From NCBI GenBank assembly GCA_963749155.1, contig CAVVLO010000002.1, forward strand, positions 1,024,001 to 1,088,000: a DNA stretch of 64,000 nucleotides. The letters are read 5' to 3'. The notes beneath the pieces are model-generated. The model was not told the origin of the DNA. It made no database searches and saw only the letters and a program-made list of their open reading frames with translations. Below are positions 29,801-39,992 of the stretch, piece by piece. The stretch comes from an uncultured Armatimonadia bacterium (GTDB lineage: Bacteria > Armatimonadota > Zipacnadia > CAVVLO01). Made by a program: the position numbers and the translations under genes. The first letter of the stretch is position 1. Every line of letters begins with the position of its first letter.

Positions 29801-32304
29801 TTAAGGAAGGCGCTCGGCGCGGCCCCATTGAGGGTCAGCGCCCAGGCGACGTCCTGGCCCGAGAGCACCATCCGGCCGCCCTGGTCCATAAAAGTCTGCA
29901 GCCTGCCCTGAACCGCCAGGTCGCGGATGGTACCCGCGCCTGTCCAGAGGTCGCCTGTATAAGGCGAGAGCCAGACGACGAACTTCTCGTTGACCTGACG
30001 AGCTAGCCCGGTGACCGGGTCAGTTGTCATACGGGGCAGGAAGTTAGCCAGCACATCCGTAGTTATCGGGCCACGGCATAGCACGCGCCAGACATCCACA
30101 TTGTCATACAATCCGGCACTCAGGTTGTAATAGAAGACCTTAAGCGGGAAGTCAGTACTGTAATCTACGGTCTCGCTACCCAGGTTTTGGGTGCCTCGTG
30201 CCAGATACACTCGGCTATGCCAGGTGCGTATGTCATTGTTCTGACCCGCGCCGAAGATCGCCGAGTCCTCATACCACATCGCATAGACCGGATTATCGTA
30301 GTCCGGATCTTTCGTATAGAAAGGTAGTGGCGAGGTCAGCAGATAATGGTCTACCGGTATGCCTACGACCCCGTATCGGTTGGAGCCTGCGCCTATATAC
30401 CCCTCGTTAATGCTGCCGATGAACTTCTGGCCGCAAGCATAATCGGAGATATACAGGATGCGACTGCCACCAACGAAGGGCTTGGTAGTGAAGCCGGTAA
30501 TGTTGTCGTAGCCGTAAGCAAGGTTGATTCCGCCAGTGAAGTTGTAGGAGGTAATGTAATTGCCCACAACATCGAAGGGCACGATGTCTACGTAGTAGTC
30601 GATCTCGCGGTTTGGCGTAGTCCAGGTGTTGGAATACACTCCATCATTGGCAGCGCCATCACCGTGAGCGCCGTCGTCATAAAGGCGGCGGCCCCAAGCG
30701 GCAACATTACCCACATTAAAGTCCAGGATTCCGGCTGTCGTGCCGGTATTCGCGTTGATGACATAGTAGTTGCGCTCTTTGTAAGTCATCAAAGTGGCGC
30801 CTTTGTCATCGCCTGGAATTATCCAGTCATCATCGGTGTTGTCATAGGTCTCAGTACCCCATTGGGCGTCATCGGCGTCATGGAATACAGCCCAGACCTG
30901 CCCTACACCTGATTCACCATCAGAAACTCTTGCCGTGATCCGGATGGTGGAGCCAGGATTGAAAGCTTTACGTTCGAGCCCTGTGCCCGGGTCTGTGATA
31001 ACAGGCAGAGCATTCAATATTGGCGGGTTGATGTCATCAATGCTGACAACCCAGATATTGACGCCATTATCCTCGGCCAGGTCTGGAGTAAAGTTGGGAT
31101 CCATCCAGCCGGTATAGTCGCGCTCGGTGGTGAAGGCGGTCTTGGGGTTGGCCCAGGTGTCGAAACCAGGCGTCGGCGTGGCCGCAATCGGCGCTGAGGA
31201 GGGGTCAACATCATCGAAGTTGTTCTTGCGGCCAATCGGGATCTGTGCGCTGGTGTTCGGCAGCAGGGCATCTGGGCCCTGGATGACGTTCCAGGTACCT
31301 GTATTCCTTATAACAGCCCGGAAGATGTCGAAATCGCCGTTCTCGTCGGAGGCAAAGACAATCAAGGCATAGGCGCCAGAAGTATCAAAAGCGACTATTT
31401 CAGGCTCCTGGTTGTTGCTGGCTGCCACGAGAGAGAGCTGCTGGGTGTCCGTTGCGGCGTAACCGAGCCAACGGGCAATCCAGCACTGCTTGCTGGCCTG
31501 AGTCGAGTCTGCGCTGTCAAGCAAACCCGCTGTGCCGCCGGAATCTACGCTGTCGCTGGTGAAGATGAGTGAGCCGTTGTAAAGCTTGGGATCGGTCTCT
31601 TCGCCAGGGCCCCCCTCGATTTGCACAACACCCGAACCATCGAGGTTGACCATCCAAAGGTCAGTGCCGGTGCCCAAGCCCGTGTCAGCCTGCAAGATGA
31701 TACCGGCGCCGTCAGGACGCCAGGCGGGATGGCGGGCGCCATTGGGGAAGTCGGCGGCATAGGTGATCTGGATAAGGGCAGAGGTAATAGTGTCATAATA
31801 GTAGATCTGATAAGCCGAATCAGGCATAGCCTTGGCTTTGCGGGCAAAGGCAATACGGGTGCCTGAAGGCGACCAGATAGGTTCGATTTCATCCGTTGTG
31901 TCGCTGGCGTAAAGCTTGACCTTGCCAGAGCCATCCGGATTCATCGTCCAGAGATCGTAGTTGTCCTCGACCCCGGCCGCATCCGCCGCAGAATCGCGGT
32001 TGGAGGCGAACAGGATTTTGGTACCTACCCCCTGCTTGAGCCAGGCGGGGTTTTTATCCACCGGGTCTGCCGCACGGGTAAGGTTATATTCGATTTGTTG
32101 AACGGCACGAGTGCTCACCTCTGCGGTGATTGCTGCAGAATCGAACACTTCGTGAGGGCCTGACAACGTAGCTGCCATTATGGCAGCCGGGTCGGGAGCC
32201 CCTTGCTCGGTAAACTGTGCGGTAACAGCAGGTACCGCAAGCACTACCGCGGCTAGAAGAACGCCAATTAATAGAGCGGACGAAAGCTTGATGCGGCTAG
32301 TCAA
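26865..32304 (-). CDS. Very large (~1810 aa) secreted protein: TolB/PD40 propeller, carboxypeptidase-regulatory-like repeats, shared module and FlgD-Ig; one extra base near 29802
   Basis: Signal peptide from TTG 32304; EPIWSPSGTRIAF, HPAWRPDG; LYDDGAHGDGAANDGVY; repeated GSLSGRV/GAISGHV/GNLRGLV; joins as ...PSAFL|TNYFGVTY. Confidence 0.8.
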
Positions 32305-32468
32305 GTGACACCACTCCCACCATAGCGGCTCGTCCAAGCCCATAAAGGCTTGGGGGCAGCGCCGCTGCGAGCTGATCATTCAGCATACGGATCGCGTCCG
32401 CACGGGCAGAGCCTGGCTTTCGATAACCTTTGTGAGACGCCCGGATAAAGCTTGTTACTTGCGCTTGG

Positions 32469-32498
32469 AGTATATCACAGCGCCCGAAACACTGTAAA
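32469..32498 (-). promoter_or_regulatory. Promoter of the secreted-protein cluster
   Basis: TTTACA-N18-TATACT with TGTGn extension. Confidence 0.6.
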
Positions 32499-32532
32499 CC
32501 GGAACGCCTTGTGCTACGCGCCCTTACGCTAT

Positions 32533-33135
32533 TCAACAACGCTCCTGCACGTCCTGCCAGATTTCTAAAATTTCCTTGCGAACCTCAGGAAGAGGCTTGT
32601 CAGTATTAATCAGATAATCTGCCCCGTCCCTTGCCCACTCCAGATGTGCCTGGGCCTCAAGGCGTTCCTCGGCCTGCTCTGCCGTCAGGTGGAAACGCTC
32701 TTCAGCCCTGTCACACTGGGTTTTGCGCGAGCATTCAGTCCAGATGAGGACGTCCAGCTCCTCGAGCAACTCGAGTCGCGGCAGTATTGCCGCCTCAAGC
32801 ACAATGATACCCTCTTCCGGCGAAAGCTGTGCGCTCTCTTCGAGGATTCTTTTTCGAAGAATTGTCTCAAGAGCCGGATCGGTGATGGAATTCAGGCGTT
32901 GCATGCCTTCGCTAGAAGAAAAAATAAGATTGGCAAGCGCGGCTCTGTCGAGGCTGCCATCAGCTAGAGCAACCTCGGGGAAGGCCGCAAGCACCTCGGC
33001 AAGCACTGGCGAGTCCGGCTGCATCAACTTGCGCGCTTCCTCATCGGCCAGGATGATACGGGCGCCCAACTCCTCGAAGATACGCGCCACAGTACTCTTG
33101 CCGGTCGAGATGCCGCCTGCGATGCCAATAAGCAT
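32533..33135 (-). CDS. coaE: Dephospho-CoA kinase
   Basis: IGIAGGISTGKSTV, LDRAALANLIF, ADYLINT; follows polA-rpsA. Confidence 0.9.
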   Translation of the reverse strand: MLIGIAGGISTGKSTVARIFEELGARIILADEEARKLMQPDSPVLAEVLAAFPEVALADGSLDRAALANLIFSSSEGMQRLNSITDPALETILRKRILEESAQLSPEEGIIVLEAAILPRLELLEELDVLIWTECSRKTQCDRAEERFHLTAEQAEERLEAQAHLEWARDGADYLINTDKPLPEVRKEILEIWQDVQERC

Positions 33136-33173
33136 TATTGCTCCAAAGATAAAAAGTGCTTCCTGGACAGACA

Positions 33174-33210
33174 GGAGAGTCGGGCAGAGCAGAATCCTGC
33201 CCGGCTCTCC
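33174..33210 (-). terminator. Hairpin after rpsA
   Basis: ggagagtcgggcag-N9-ctgcccggctctcc. Confidence 0.6.
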
Positions 33211-33220
33211 CAATAACTCT

Positions 33221-34747
33221 TTACGCTTCGGGCTTCTCTTCGGTTGGGGTTTCTTCTTCGGCAGGCGCCTCTTCGAGGGCCTCGACAGGAGCCTCCGCTA
33301 CGGTCTCGTCAACTACAGTCTCCTCAACGGGAGCCTCTTCCACTACGGTTTCATCCACTACAGCTTCTTCTACTACAGCTTCTTCTACTGGAGCTTCCTC
33401 TACTGGAGCTTCCTCTACTGGAGCTTCCTCTTCGACAGCCGGCTTGGCCTTGGATTTGGCCTTGCTGGGCTTCGGCTCCTCTACGGGAGCTTCGGCTGCC
33501 GGGACTTCCGGTTGAGAGGCAGCTTCCTCTGGAGTGAGCATCGAACCGAACACATCGCCCAGAGTGACCGCGCCGGTGTCCTGACTCTTGATGAAGGTGC
33601 GGACTTCCTGGCGCTCTTGCTGCTCGGCGGCGCGCGAAAGGCTGACGGTCATCCGGCGGGCGTTAGCGCGCAGGTTCAGCACCAGCACGTCTACTTCCTG
33701 ACCAGCCTGGACAACTTCCTCGCACTTGTTGATGCGCTTCTCGGACAACTCGCCAATCGGCATAAAAGCCTCAACGCCCTCGGGCAACTTCACGAAGCAG
33801 CCGGAAGCCACACAGCGGGTGATAACGCCATGCACGAGCTGACGCTCGCGATACTTGCGACCGACTTCCTTCCAGGGATCGGGAAGGATCTGCTTGAGCC
33901 CAAGCGAGATACGCTCGCGGTCCGTGTCAACTTCGAGCACCATAACTTTGATAGTGTCGCCGACCTTGACAACCTCGGCTGGGTCATCAATCCGGGTCCA
34001 GGACATATCGGAGACATGCAGCAAGCCGCTGACGCCACCGAAGTCCACAAAAGCGCCATAAGGAGTCAGACTGCGCACCTTGCCCTCGACGGTCTCGCCT
34101 GGCTGAAGCTTCTCCCAGGTCTGCTTGCGCGACTTGGCGCGCTCTTCATCCGCCACAGCTTTGTGGCTGAGGATGACCTTCTGCCGACGGCGGTCGACTT
34201 CAAGCACGCGCAGGCGAAGCTCATGCCCTACGAAGCGGTCGAACTGTCCGGGCTTCGAGGAGATCTGAGAGCCAGGCACGAAACCATTTACTCCCAGGTC
34301 GACCCGAAGGCCGCCCTTGACGCGCTCGATAACCATTGCTTCAATAATTTCGCCACTATTTTTTGCTTCGATAATTTTGTCCCATAGCTTCTCAAAGTCG
34401 GCGCGCTTCTTGGAGAGCTTGATAACGCCCTCATCGTCCGCCTTCGAGGCTACGAAAACGTCTACTTCCTGGCCAGGTTGCAGCTCTTCGTCGAGCTCGT
34501 CGCGAGGGATTAGCCCTTCGGTCTTGGTGCCGATATCCACCAGGACGCCGCCGTCATCACTTACGCCGGCAACGATCCCCCGGATGATGTCGCCCCTTCG
34601 GGGGCCTTCCAGCGCAGCGTCGAAGCCTTCGCCACTAGCCATAGCCGCGGCAAATTCATCGACATCGCTTGCAGCCTCTTCGGGCTGCTGCTCGAGACTT
34701 TCGGGTGCTTCTTCGGGTGTTAGCTCTTTCTCAAAATCATCTGACAT
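33221..34747 (-). CDS. rpsA: 30S ribosomal protein S1 (four S1 domains) with an acidic repeat tail
   Basis: VLVDIGTKTEG, VKGGLRVDLG, YGAFVDFGGVSGLLHVSDMSW, RISLGLKQ. Confidence 0.93.
   Translation of the reverse strand: MSDDFEKELTPEEAPESLEQQPEEAASDVDEFAAAMASGEGFDAALEGPRRGDIIRGIVAGVSDDGGVLVDIGTKTEGLIPRDELDEELQPGQEVDVFVASKADDEGVIKLSKKRADFEKLWDKIIEAKNSGEIIEAMVIERVKGGLRVDLGVNGFVPGSQISSKPGQFDRFVGHELRLRVLEVDRRRQKVILSHKAVADEERAKSRKQTWEKLQPGETVEGKVRSLTPYGAFVDFGGVSGLLHVSDMSWTRIDDPAEVVKVGDTIKVMVLEVDTDRERISLGLKQILPDPWKEVGRKYRERQLVHGVITRCVASGCFVKLPEGVEAFMPIGELSEKRINKCEEVVQAGQEVDVLVLNLRANARRMTVSLSRAAEQQERQEVRTFIKSQDTGAVTLGDVFGSMLTPEEAASQPEVPAAEAPVEEPKPSKAKSKAKPAVEEEAPVEEAPVEEAPVEEAVVEEAVVDETVVEEAPVEETVVDETVAEAPVEALEEAPAEEETPTEEKPEA
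33245..33435 (-). repeat. Degenerate 15-bp tandem repeat encoding EEAPV/EETVV units
   Basis: tctactggagcttcc x3 perfect at 33384-33428, flanked by degenerate copies. Confidence 0.85.
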
Positions 34748-34876
34748 TTCGCTAGACCTCTCTCGTTAGGTAGTTTGGTTGGTTTCCGCCTAAAGGCGGT
34801 TGGACGACCAGACGGTAAGTTGCCTCTCCAACGTTACAAGTTTCAAAGTTTGCGATCTGGAGGTGAGACGTCCTGA

Positions 34877-37549
34877 CTAGTCGATTGGTACTTGATCGGC
34901 CCAGTTGGGTCCGACCTTTAGACTTACCGTGAGCGGCACGACCAGCGGCACTACATCCTCCATAGCTGACTTGAGCAGCGCCGCCGTCTCGCTTGCATGC
35001 TGCCTGGGCACTTCGAGCACTAGCTCGTCGTGTACCTGTAGCAGTAATTTTGCTGGACTGTTATCACCTCCCATTCTGGCAGCGACACGAATCATCGCAA
35101 ATTTCATAATATCGGCAGCGGTACCCTGCACAGGCATATTTATCGCCCTGCGCTCGGCTGCGCGCCTTACCTGTTGATTGGCGCTTGCCAGTTCGGGCAT
35201 AAACCTGATGCGCCCAAACAACGTGGCTACCTTGCCACTCGCCCTGGCTTCTTCGATTGTGCGCGCGATATATTCGCCCACCCTCGGAAGCCGGGCCATA
35301 TATTGTGCAATATATGCCTGGGCTTCATCAACAGGGATCCGAAGTCTCGAAGCATATCCATATTCGGTCATCCCATAAACCAGACCGAAGTTTATCATCT
35401 TGGCCTTGTCGCGCTGTTCGGATGTTACCGCATCTTGCGGCACTCCAAACACCTCGGCGGCAGTATGGCGATGGATGTCTTCCCCTTTCTGGAAGGCCTC
35501 AATGAGGCGTGGCTCTTCTGACAGATGCGCCAGCACCCGAAGTTCTATCTGAGAATAATCTCCCGAAAGCAGCACCCAGTCCGGTTTGCCTGGCACAAAG
35601 CACCTGCGTATCTCGGTGCCCCAACCGACTCCCTGGGGGATGTTCTGCAGATTGGGTTCGGTGCTTGATAACCGCCCAGTTGCCGCAATCGTCTGGTTGA
35701 GGGTCGTGTGGATGCGCCCATCGCTCGAGTGCTCTGCAAGCGCAAGCAAGGCATCGGCATATGTCGACTTGAGCTTGCTCCAGTTGCGCCAGTCGAGTAG
35801 CAAAGGGATTATCGGGTGGGCATCCAGCAGACGCTCCAACTCGGCCGCGTCCGTAGAGAAGCCAGTTTTGGTGCGACGCGTCTTCGGCAGACCCAGTTTT
35901 TCGAAGAGCACTTCCTGGAGCTGCTTGGGCGAACCGAGATTGAAGGTTTCACCCACCAGTTCATAGGCCTGTTGCTCAACCTGAGCTAGAAGGGCAGCCA
36001 GTTCCTGGCCGATCCGGGCAAGCTCCTGCTTGTCGACAGCGAACCCAAGGCGCTCCATCTTATATAGAATAGGCACAAGAGGTAGTTCGAGCTCACGCAT
36101 AACTGGTTCAAGGCCCAGCTCGACTAACGCATTTTTCAAACGCGGAGCCAATCTGGCAAGCGCCCAGGCGGCTTTGATAGCAGTGACTTCGGCAGGCGCA
36201 AGAGGTTTACCCAGGCTCTCGCGGAGCTGCTTTGTTTCTTCCTCGGTGGCCTCGAGCTTCAGCCCAAGCTGGGCGTTTGCCAGGACTTCAAGGGTCTGAG
36301 GCGCCTGGTCGGGATTGAGGAGATAGGCCGCAAGGCGAGTATCGAAAAGGTCACCGAGGGAGACATCCAGCGGCGCCTCGACCTGGGTTAGCAAGTGCTT
36401 GGAGTCAAAGACAACCAGCTCGAGGGGGCTTGCCAGTAGAGAAGTCAGCAGCTCCCAGCCGGCAGAATATTCTGGTTTAGCTTCGGCGAAGAGCCCTTCC
36501 AGTGGCGCCTCGTTGCTAGCTTCTTCCGAACCGACCAGCCAGACTTCCTCTTCCTCCCAGGCCAGGGCGAAACGAGTACCTGAAGGCAAAGTGGCTAGCG
36601 CGACCGGGCCCTCGGAAGGCAGGGGCACCTCAGCCAGCGTGCTGGCGAGTTTTACAGCGGGCAAGGCAGGTTCTCCCGCCGCCCCGAAAAGTTGCTCGAA
36701 GCGCTCTGCAAGCTGACGGAAATCCAGCTCGAAGAGCTTCATCCTGAGGGCTGGCAAGTCGGGCGCGCCCCGCTCGAGTTCGGTGAGGTCAAATTCTAAG
36801 GCGAAGTCAGGCACCAGAGTAGCCAGATGCTTGTCGCGGTGGATGCCTTCGGCCCCTTCACGAAGTTTTTCGCGCAGTTTGGGAGGATTAACTTCCTCAA
36901 TCCTGGCGAGCAATTCTTCCACCGAGCCAAAGTCCTGGATGAGCTTGGTTGCAGTTTTCGGCCCGATACCCGCAACGCCTTTGATGTTGTCGCTGGCATC
37001 GCCACTGAGTGCTTTGTAATCGGGCACGAGCCTGGGATCGAAGCCTTCTTCTTTGCGGAAACGTGCCTCGTCCCAGTCTTCGATGTCAGTGGCGCCTTTA
37101 TGAGGTACCAGCAGATGGATGTTATCGGTGACTAACTGAAAAAGATCTCGGTCAGCGCTGGCGAGGAAAACTTTATCGCCCCTGGCTTCGAGTTGCTGAG
37201 CCAGGGCAGCCAGGACATCGTCCGCCTCAAAGCCTGGCACCCCTATCACAGGGATGCCAAGCGCCTCGAGCACTTCATACGTCAAGGGCACCTGAGGGAG
37301 AAAATCCTCGGGAGTCTCGCTCCGATTGGCTTTGTAATCTTCATAGGCCTCGTGCCGGAAGGTCTTGCCAGCCACATCGACAACGACACCCAATAGATCA
37401 GGTTGCTGGTCGGTGATAAGCCGCAGCAACATATTGAGGAAGCCCTGGACAGCGCCTGTCGGCCTGCCTTGCGAGTCGGTAAGCGCCGGCATCGCATAGT
37501 AAGCACGAAAGAGAAAGCTATATCCATCTATAAGGATTGCCTTGGCCAT
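34877..37549 (-). CDS. polA: DNA polymerase I
   Basis: LIDGYSFLFRAYYA, EADDVL, GDASDNIKGVAGIGPKTA, TGRLSSTEPNLQNIP, DYSQIELR, LQVHDEL. Confidence 0.98.
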   Translation of the reverse strand: MAKAILIDGYSFLFRAYYAMPALTDSQGRPTGAVQGFLNMLLRLITDQQPDLLGVVVDVAGKTFRHEAYEDYKANRSETPEDFLPQVPLTYEVLEALGIPVIGVPGFEADDVLAALAQQLEARGDKVFLASADRDLFQLVTDNIHLLVPHKGATDIEDWDEARFRKEEGFDPRLVPDYKALSGDASDNIKGVAGIGPKTATKLIQDFGSVEELLARIEEVNPPKLREKLREGAEGIHRDKHLATLVPDFALEFDLTELERGAPDLPALRMKLFELDFRQLAERFEQLFGAAGEPALPAVKLASTLAEVPLPSEGPVALATLPSGTRFALAWEEEEVWLVGSEEASNEAPLEGLFAEAKPEYSAGWELLTSLLASPLELVVFDSKHLLTQVEAPLDVSLGDLFDTRLAAYLLNPDQAPQTLEVLANAQLGLKLEATEEETKQLRESLGKPLAPAEVTAIKAAWALARLAPRLKNALVELGLEPVMRELELPLVPILYKMERLGFAVDKQELARIGQELAALLAQVEQQAYELVGETFNLGSPKQLQEVLFEKLGLPKTRRTKTGFSTDAAELERLLDAHPIIPLLLDWRNWSKLKSTYADALLALAEHSSDGRIHTTLNQTIAATGRLSSTEPNLQNIPQGVGWGTEIRRCFVPGKPDWVLLSGDYSQIELRVLAHLSEEPRLIEAFQKGEDIHRHTAAEVFGVPQDAVTSEQRDKAKMINFGLVYGMTEYGYASRLRIPVDEAQAYIAQYMARLPRVGEYIARTIEEARASGKVATLFGRIRFMPELASANQQVRRAAERRAINMPVQGTAADIMKFAMIRVAARMGGDNSPAKLLLQVHDELVLEVPRQHASETAALLKSAMEDVVPLVVPLTVSLKVGPNWADQVPID

Positions 37550-37557
37550 TAATCCGA

Positions 37558-38595
37558 CTAACGCCGGAGCCTCGCCTCCGCATCGCTTTCCATTATGGCT
37601 TGCAGCGCGCCCCGAGTACTCGATTCGGCGAACATCTCGATGAACCGCTCAAAAGGCATCTGAGGGCGCATCCGGTCAATTATTACTTTTTCGAAGCCGC
37701 CAAGCTCTTTGCACGCGTCATAGGCGTCGCGGTAGTTGCCCAGCTTGTCAATAAGCCCAACTTTCAGGGCCTGCTCGCCCGAATAGACTCGTCCATCGGC
37801 CAGCTTGCGCACTTTATCAAGGGGCATCTTGCGTGAATCGGAGACAACCTTCACGAACTGTTCATAAAGCTGCATGATTTCAATCTTGGCCAGCGTGCGC
37901 TCCTCATCGGTCATCGGTCGCGCGTAGTTGCCAAAATCCTTGAACTTGCCACTCTTTATCGTGTTGAACTCTACTCCGACCTTGTCGAGGAGTTCGGCGG
38001 CACTGAAGGTTTCCATAATTACGCCAATGCTGCCTGTTGCCGTGCCCGGATTGGCGATGATGATGTCGGCAGGGCAAGCGACGTAATAACCACCCGAAGC
38101 TGCCGCATCTCCCATTGAGGCTACGATTTTTTTACCGGCTTTTTTGGCCTTGAGCAATTCGGCATAGATTTCTTGAGCCGAGGCGATTGTGCCCCCAGGG
38201 GTATCGAGCCGCAGCAAGATTACCTTGATATCGGAATCCTGGGTAATCTCATGGATATACTGGACAACCGATTCGGCTGAGGTGCCCCCCATCGAGCCAC
38301 AAGACATAAAACCTGTTATCTCGATGAGGGCTGTATTGGCCCCGGTGTTGTAGGAAGTCTGCCCGGGCAGGTTGGTCATACTCGTGCTGAAAGCAGAACC
38401 CAACGCATAGAAGAAATAGAAAACAGCGCCTCCAACCAGCAATATCCCAAGTACGACGGCAATGCCAACGCCGATGAAAAATTTGCGCCTGGCCTGTTCG
38501 GCGCGGGCGCGTTCGCCTTCAGGATTTGGCTGATGAGGTGGAGTTACTCCCACACTGTAATTCTGGGGCGGGTTGGGCTGGTTTTGATCATCCAT
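37558..38595 (-). CDS. sppA: Signal peptide peptidase SppA (short, membrane-anchored form)
   Basis: RLDTPGGT, SMGDAAASGGYYVA, TGSIGV, KSGKFKD; start MDDQN at 38595 after GGAGG. Confidence 0.93.
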   Translation of the reverse strand: MDDQNQPNPPQNYSVGVTPPHQPNPEGERARAEQARRKFFIGVGIAVVLGILLVGGAVFYFFYALGSAFSTSMTNLPGQTSYNTGANTALIEITGFMSCGSMGGTSAESVVQYIHEITQDSDIKVILLRLDTPGGTIASAQEIYAELLKAKKAGKKIVASMGDAAASGGYYVACPADIIIANPGTATGSIGVIMETFSAAELLDKVGVEFNTIKSGKFKDFGNYARPMTDEERTLAKIEIMQLYEQFVKVVSDSRKMPLDKVRKLADGRVYSGEQALKVGLIDKLGNYRDAYDACKELGGFEKVIIDRMRPQMPFERFIEMFAESSTRGALQAIMESDAEARLRR

Positions 38596-38675
38596 AAGGG
38601 CCTCTCCCTCCTGTTTCGTATTGGCTATTATACTGACCCTTGGCCCAAGGCGAAAGGCAATCTGGCAAGGGATGT

Positions 38676-38704
38676 TTGACAGTGCTCTGGGACGCCCATA
38701 TAAT
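38676..38704 (+). promoter_or_regulatory. Consensus sigma70 promoter for tRNA-Leu
   Basis: TTGACA-N17-TATAAT, perfect match. Confidence 0.85.
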
Positions 38705-38720
38705 CGCCTTCCAGACACTT

Positions 38721-38808
38721 GCCGGAGTGGCGGAATTGGCAGACGCGCTTGACTCAAAATCAAGTGGGCCCAGCGCTCGTGAGGGTTCGAGTCCCTCCTC
38801 CGGCACCA
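38721..38808 (+). tRNA. tRNA-Leu (anticodon CAA)
   Basis: GCCGGAG acceptor stem paired with CTCCGGC-A-CCA; D loop GGAATTGGCAGAC; anticodon arm CTTGA-CTCAAAA-TCAAG; long variable arm; GGTTCGAGTCC. Confidence 0.98.
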
Positions 38809-38839
38809 ACCCCTCTTTTCAGCCTTAGGAGGAACTGTT

Positions 38840-39928
38840 ATGACCTCGCCCTTCCAGGTAGATGTCTCTCCCGATTGGCAGAGTCTTGTCGACTGCATTA
38901 TGCGTCGTGGTACACCCCAGCGCGCGCACCATATCGAGTTGTTTCTGGATTATGAGGTTCAGCTTGACCTGGGAGAGCGCTTTGGGGTCTGGGAAGCCCT
39001 CGACAAAAGCGATCCCAATTACCACCTGGCGGCTGCGGCCGAGTTGCAAAAATTCCTGGGCTACGATTATGTACGGATGGGCGCCGAGGGCATCGACTTC
39101 CCCTTGTACTACGACACCACCGAAGACACCGCCGAACTCGGCAGGCAGCAGGGGCGCAGCTATGTGAACCTGCATAAAGGCCCGATTGCAAGCTGGGAAG
39201 ATTTTGAGAAGTACCCCTGGCCAAAGGCCGAAAACATTACCACTCGCGCCCTTGAATATTATGACAACCACCTGCCCGAGGGGATGTGCATAATCGGCAG
39301 TGGTGGGTTCGCCCACTTTGCCGAGTTGCTCTCCTGGTTGATGGGCTACGAAACGCTGTGTCTTGCCTTATTCGACCAGCGCGACCTGGTTGAAGCCATC
39401 GCCAATAATCTGGTCGATATCTATCGCGCCGGCCTGAAACAGATCCTGCAACATCCCTGTGTGGAAATTGTTTGGGGCAGCGATGATATGGGCTTCCGCA
39501 GCCAGACTCTTATCAGCCCCGCCGACCTGCGCGAATACGTCTTCCCTGGCCACAAGTTGATGGCCGAGATGGCTCACCAGGCCGGTAAGCCTTATCTGCT
39601 GCATTCCTGCGGCAACCTGCACGAAGTAATGGAAGACCTTATAGTGGACGTAAAGATAGATGCCAAGCATAGCTTCGAAGACACAATCGAGGATGTGTGC
39701 GAACTCAAAGGCACCTGGGGCCAGCGCATCGCCTTGCTCGGGGGCATAGACGTCGACTTTATGTGTCGCGCAACGCCCGACCAGATACGCGAGCGGGTTC
39801 GCAAGACGCTCGAAGTGTGCATGCCAGGCGGCGGCTATTGCCTGGGCAGCGGCAACAGCGTAGCCAACTACATCCCCGTCGAGAATTACCTTGCGATGAT
39901 GGACGAAGGCCGGAGCTGGGGCAGGTAG
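38840..39928 (+). CDS. Uroporphyrinogen decarboxylase family (MtaA/CmuA-like) protein
   Basis: WGSDDMGFRSQTLISP, LLHSCGN, LLGGIDVD, GGGYCLGSGNSV. Confidence 0.85.
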   Translation: MTSPFQVDVSPDWQSLVDCIMRRGTPQRAHHIELFLDYEVQLDLGERFGVWEALDKSDPNYHLAAAAELQKFLGYDYVRMGAEGIDFPLYYDTTEDTAELGRQQGRSYVNLHKGPIASWEDFEKYPWPKAENITTRALEYYDNHLPEGMCIIGSGGFAHFAELLSWLMGYETLCLALFDQRDLVEAIANNLVDIYRAGLKQILQHPCVEIVWGSDDMGFRSQTLISPADLREYVFPGHKLMAEMAHQAGKPYLLHSCGNLHEVMEDLIVDVKIDAKHSFEDTIEDVCELKGTWGQRIALLGGIDVDFMCRATPDQIRERVRKTLEVCMPGGGYCLGSGNSVANYIPVENYLAMMDEGRSWGR

Positions 39929-39947
39929 GACAATCAGCAGTCTCGGA

Positions 39948-39984
39948 AGTAGAGGGACGTCGCTCTGGGCGGCGTCCCTTTACT
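39948..39984. terminator. Bidirectional terminator between convergent genes
   Basis: agtagagggacgtcgc-tctgg-gcggcgtccctttact. Confidence 0.7.
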
Positions 39985-39992
39985 TTGGAAGC

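Noticed and set aside
32340..32440. c-di-GMP-I riboswitch in the cluster leader
   Set aside because: Contains CGAAAG and GGACGC fragments but not the required stem arrangement; kept only as an unassigned structured leader
32723..34387. 554-aa plus-strand ORF with YWSFL repeats
   Set aside because: Antisense shadow of rpsA/coaE; the repeats mirror the EEAPV tandem repeat
34748..34876. Regulatory RNA in the rpsA leader
   Set aside because: Only a short ccgcc-taaa-ggcgg hairpin is visible; not enough support
38596..38898. N-terminal extension of the sppA ORF and small ORFs over 38588-38955
   Set aside because: They run through the tRNA-Leu gene and its promoter; the real start is 38595 with a good RBS
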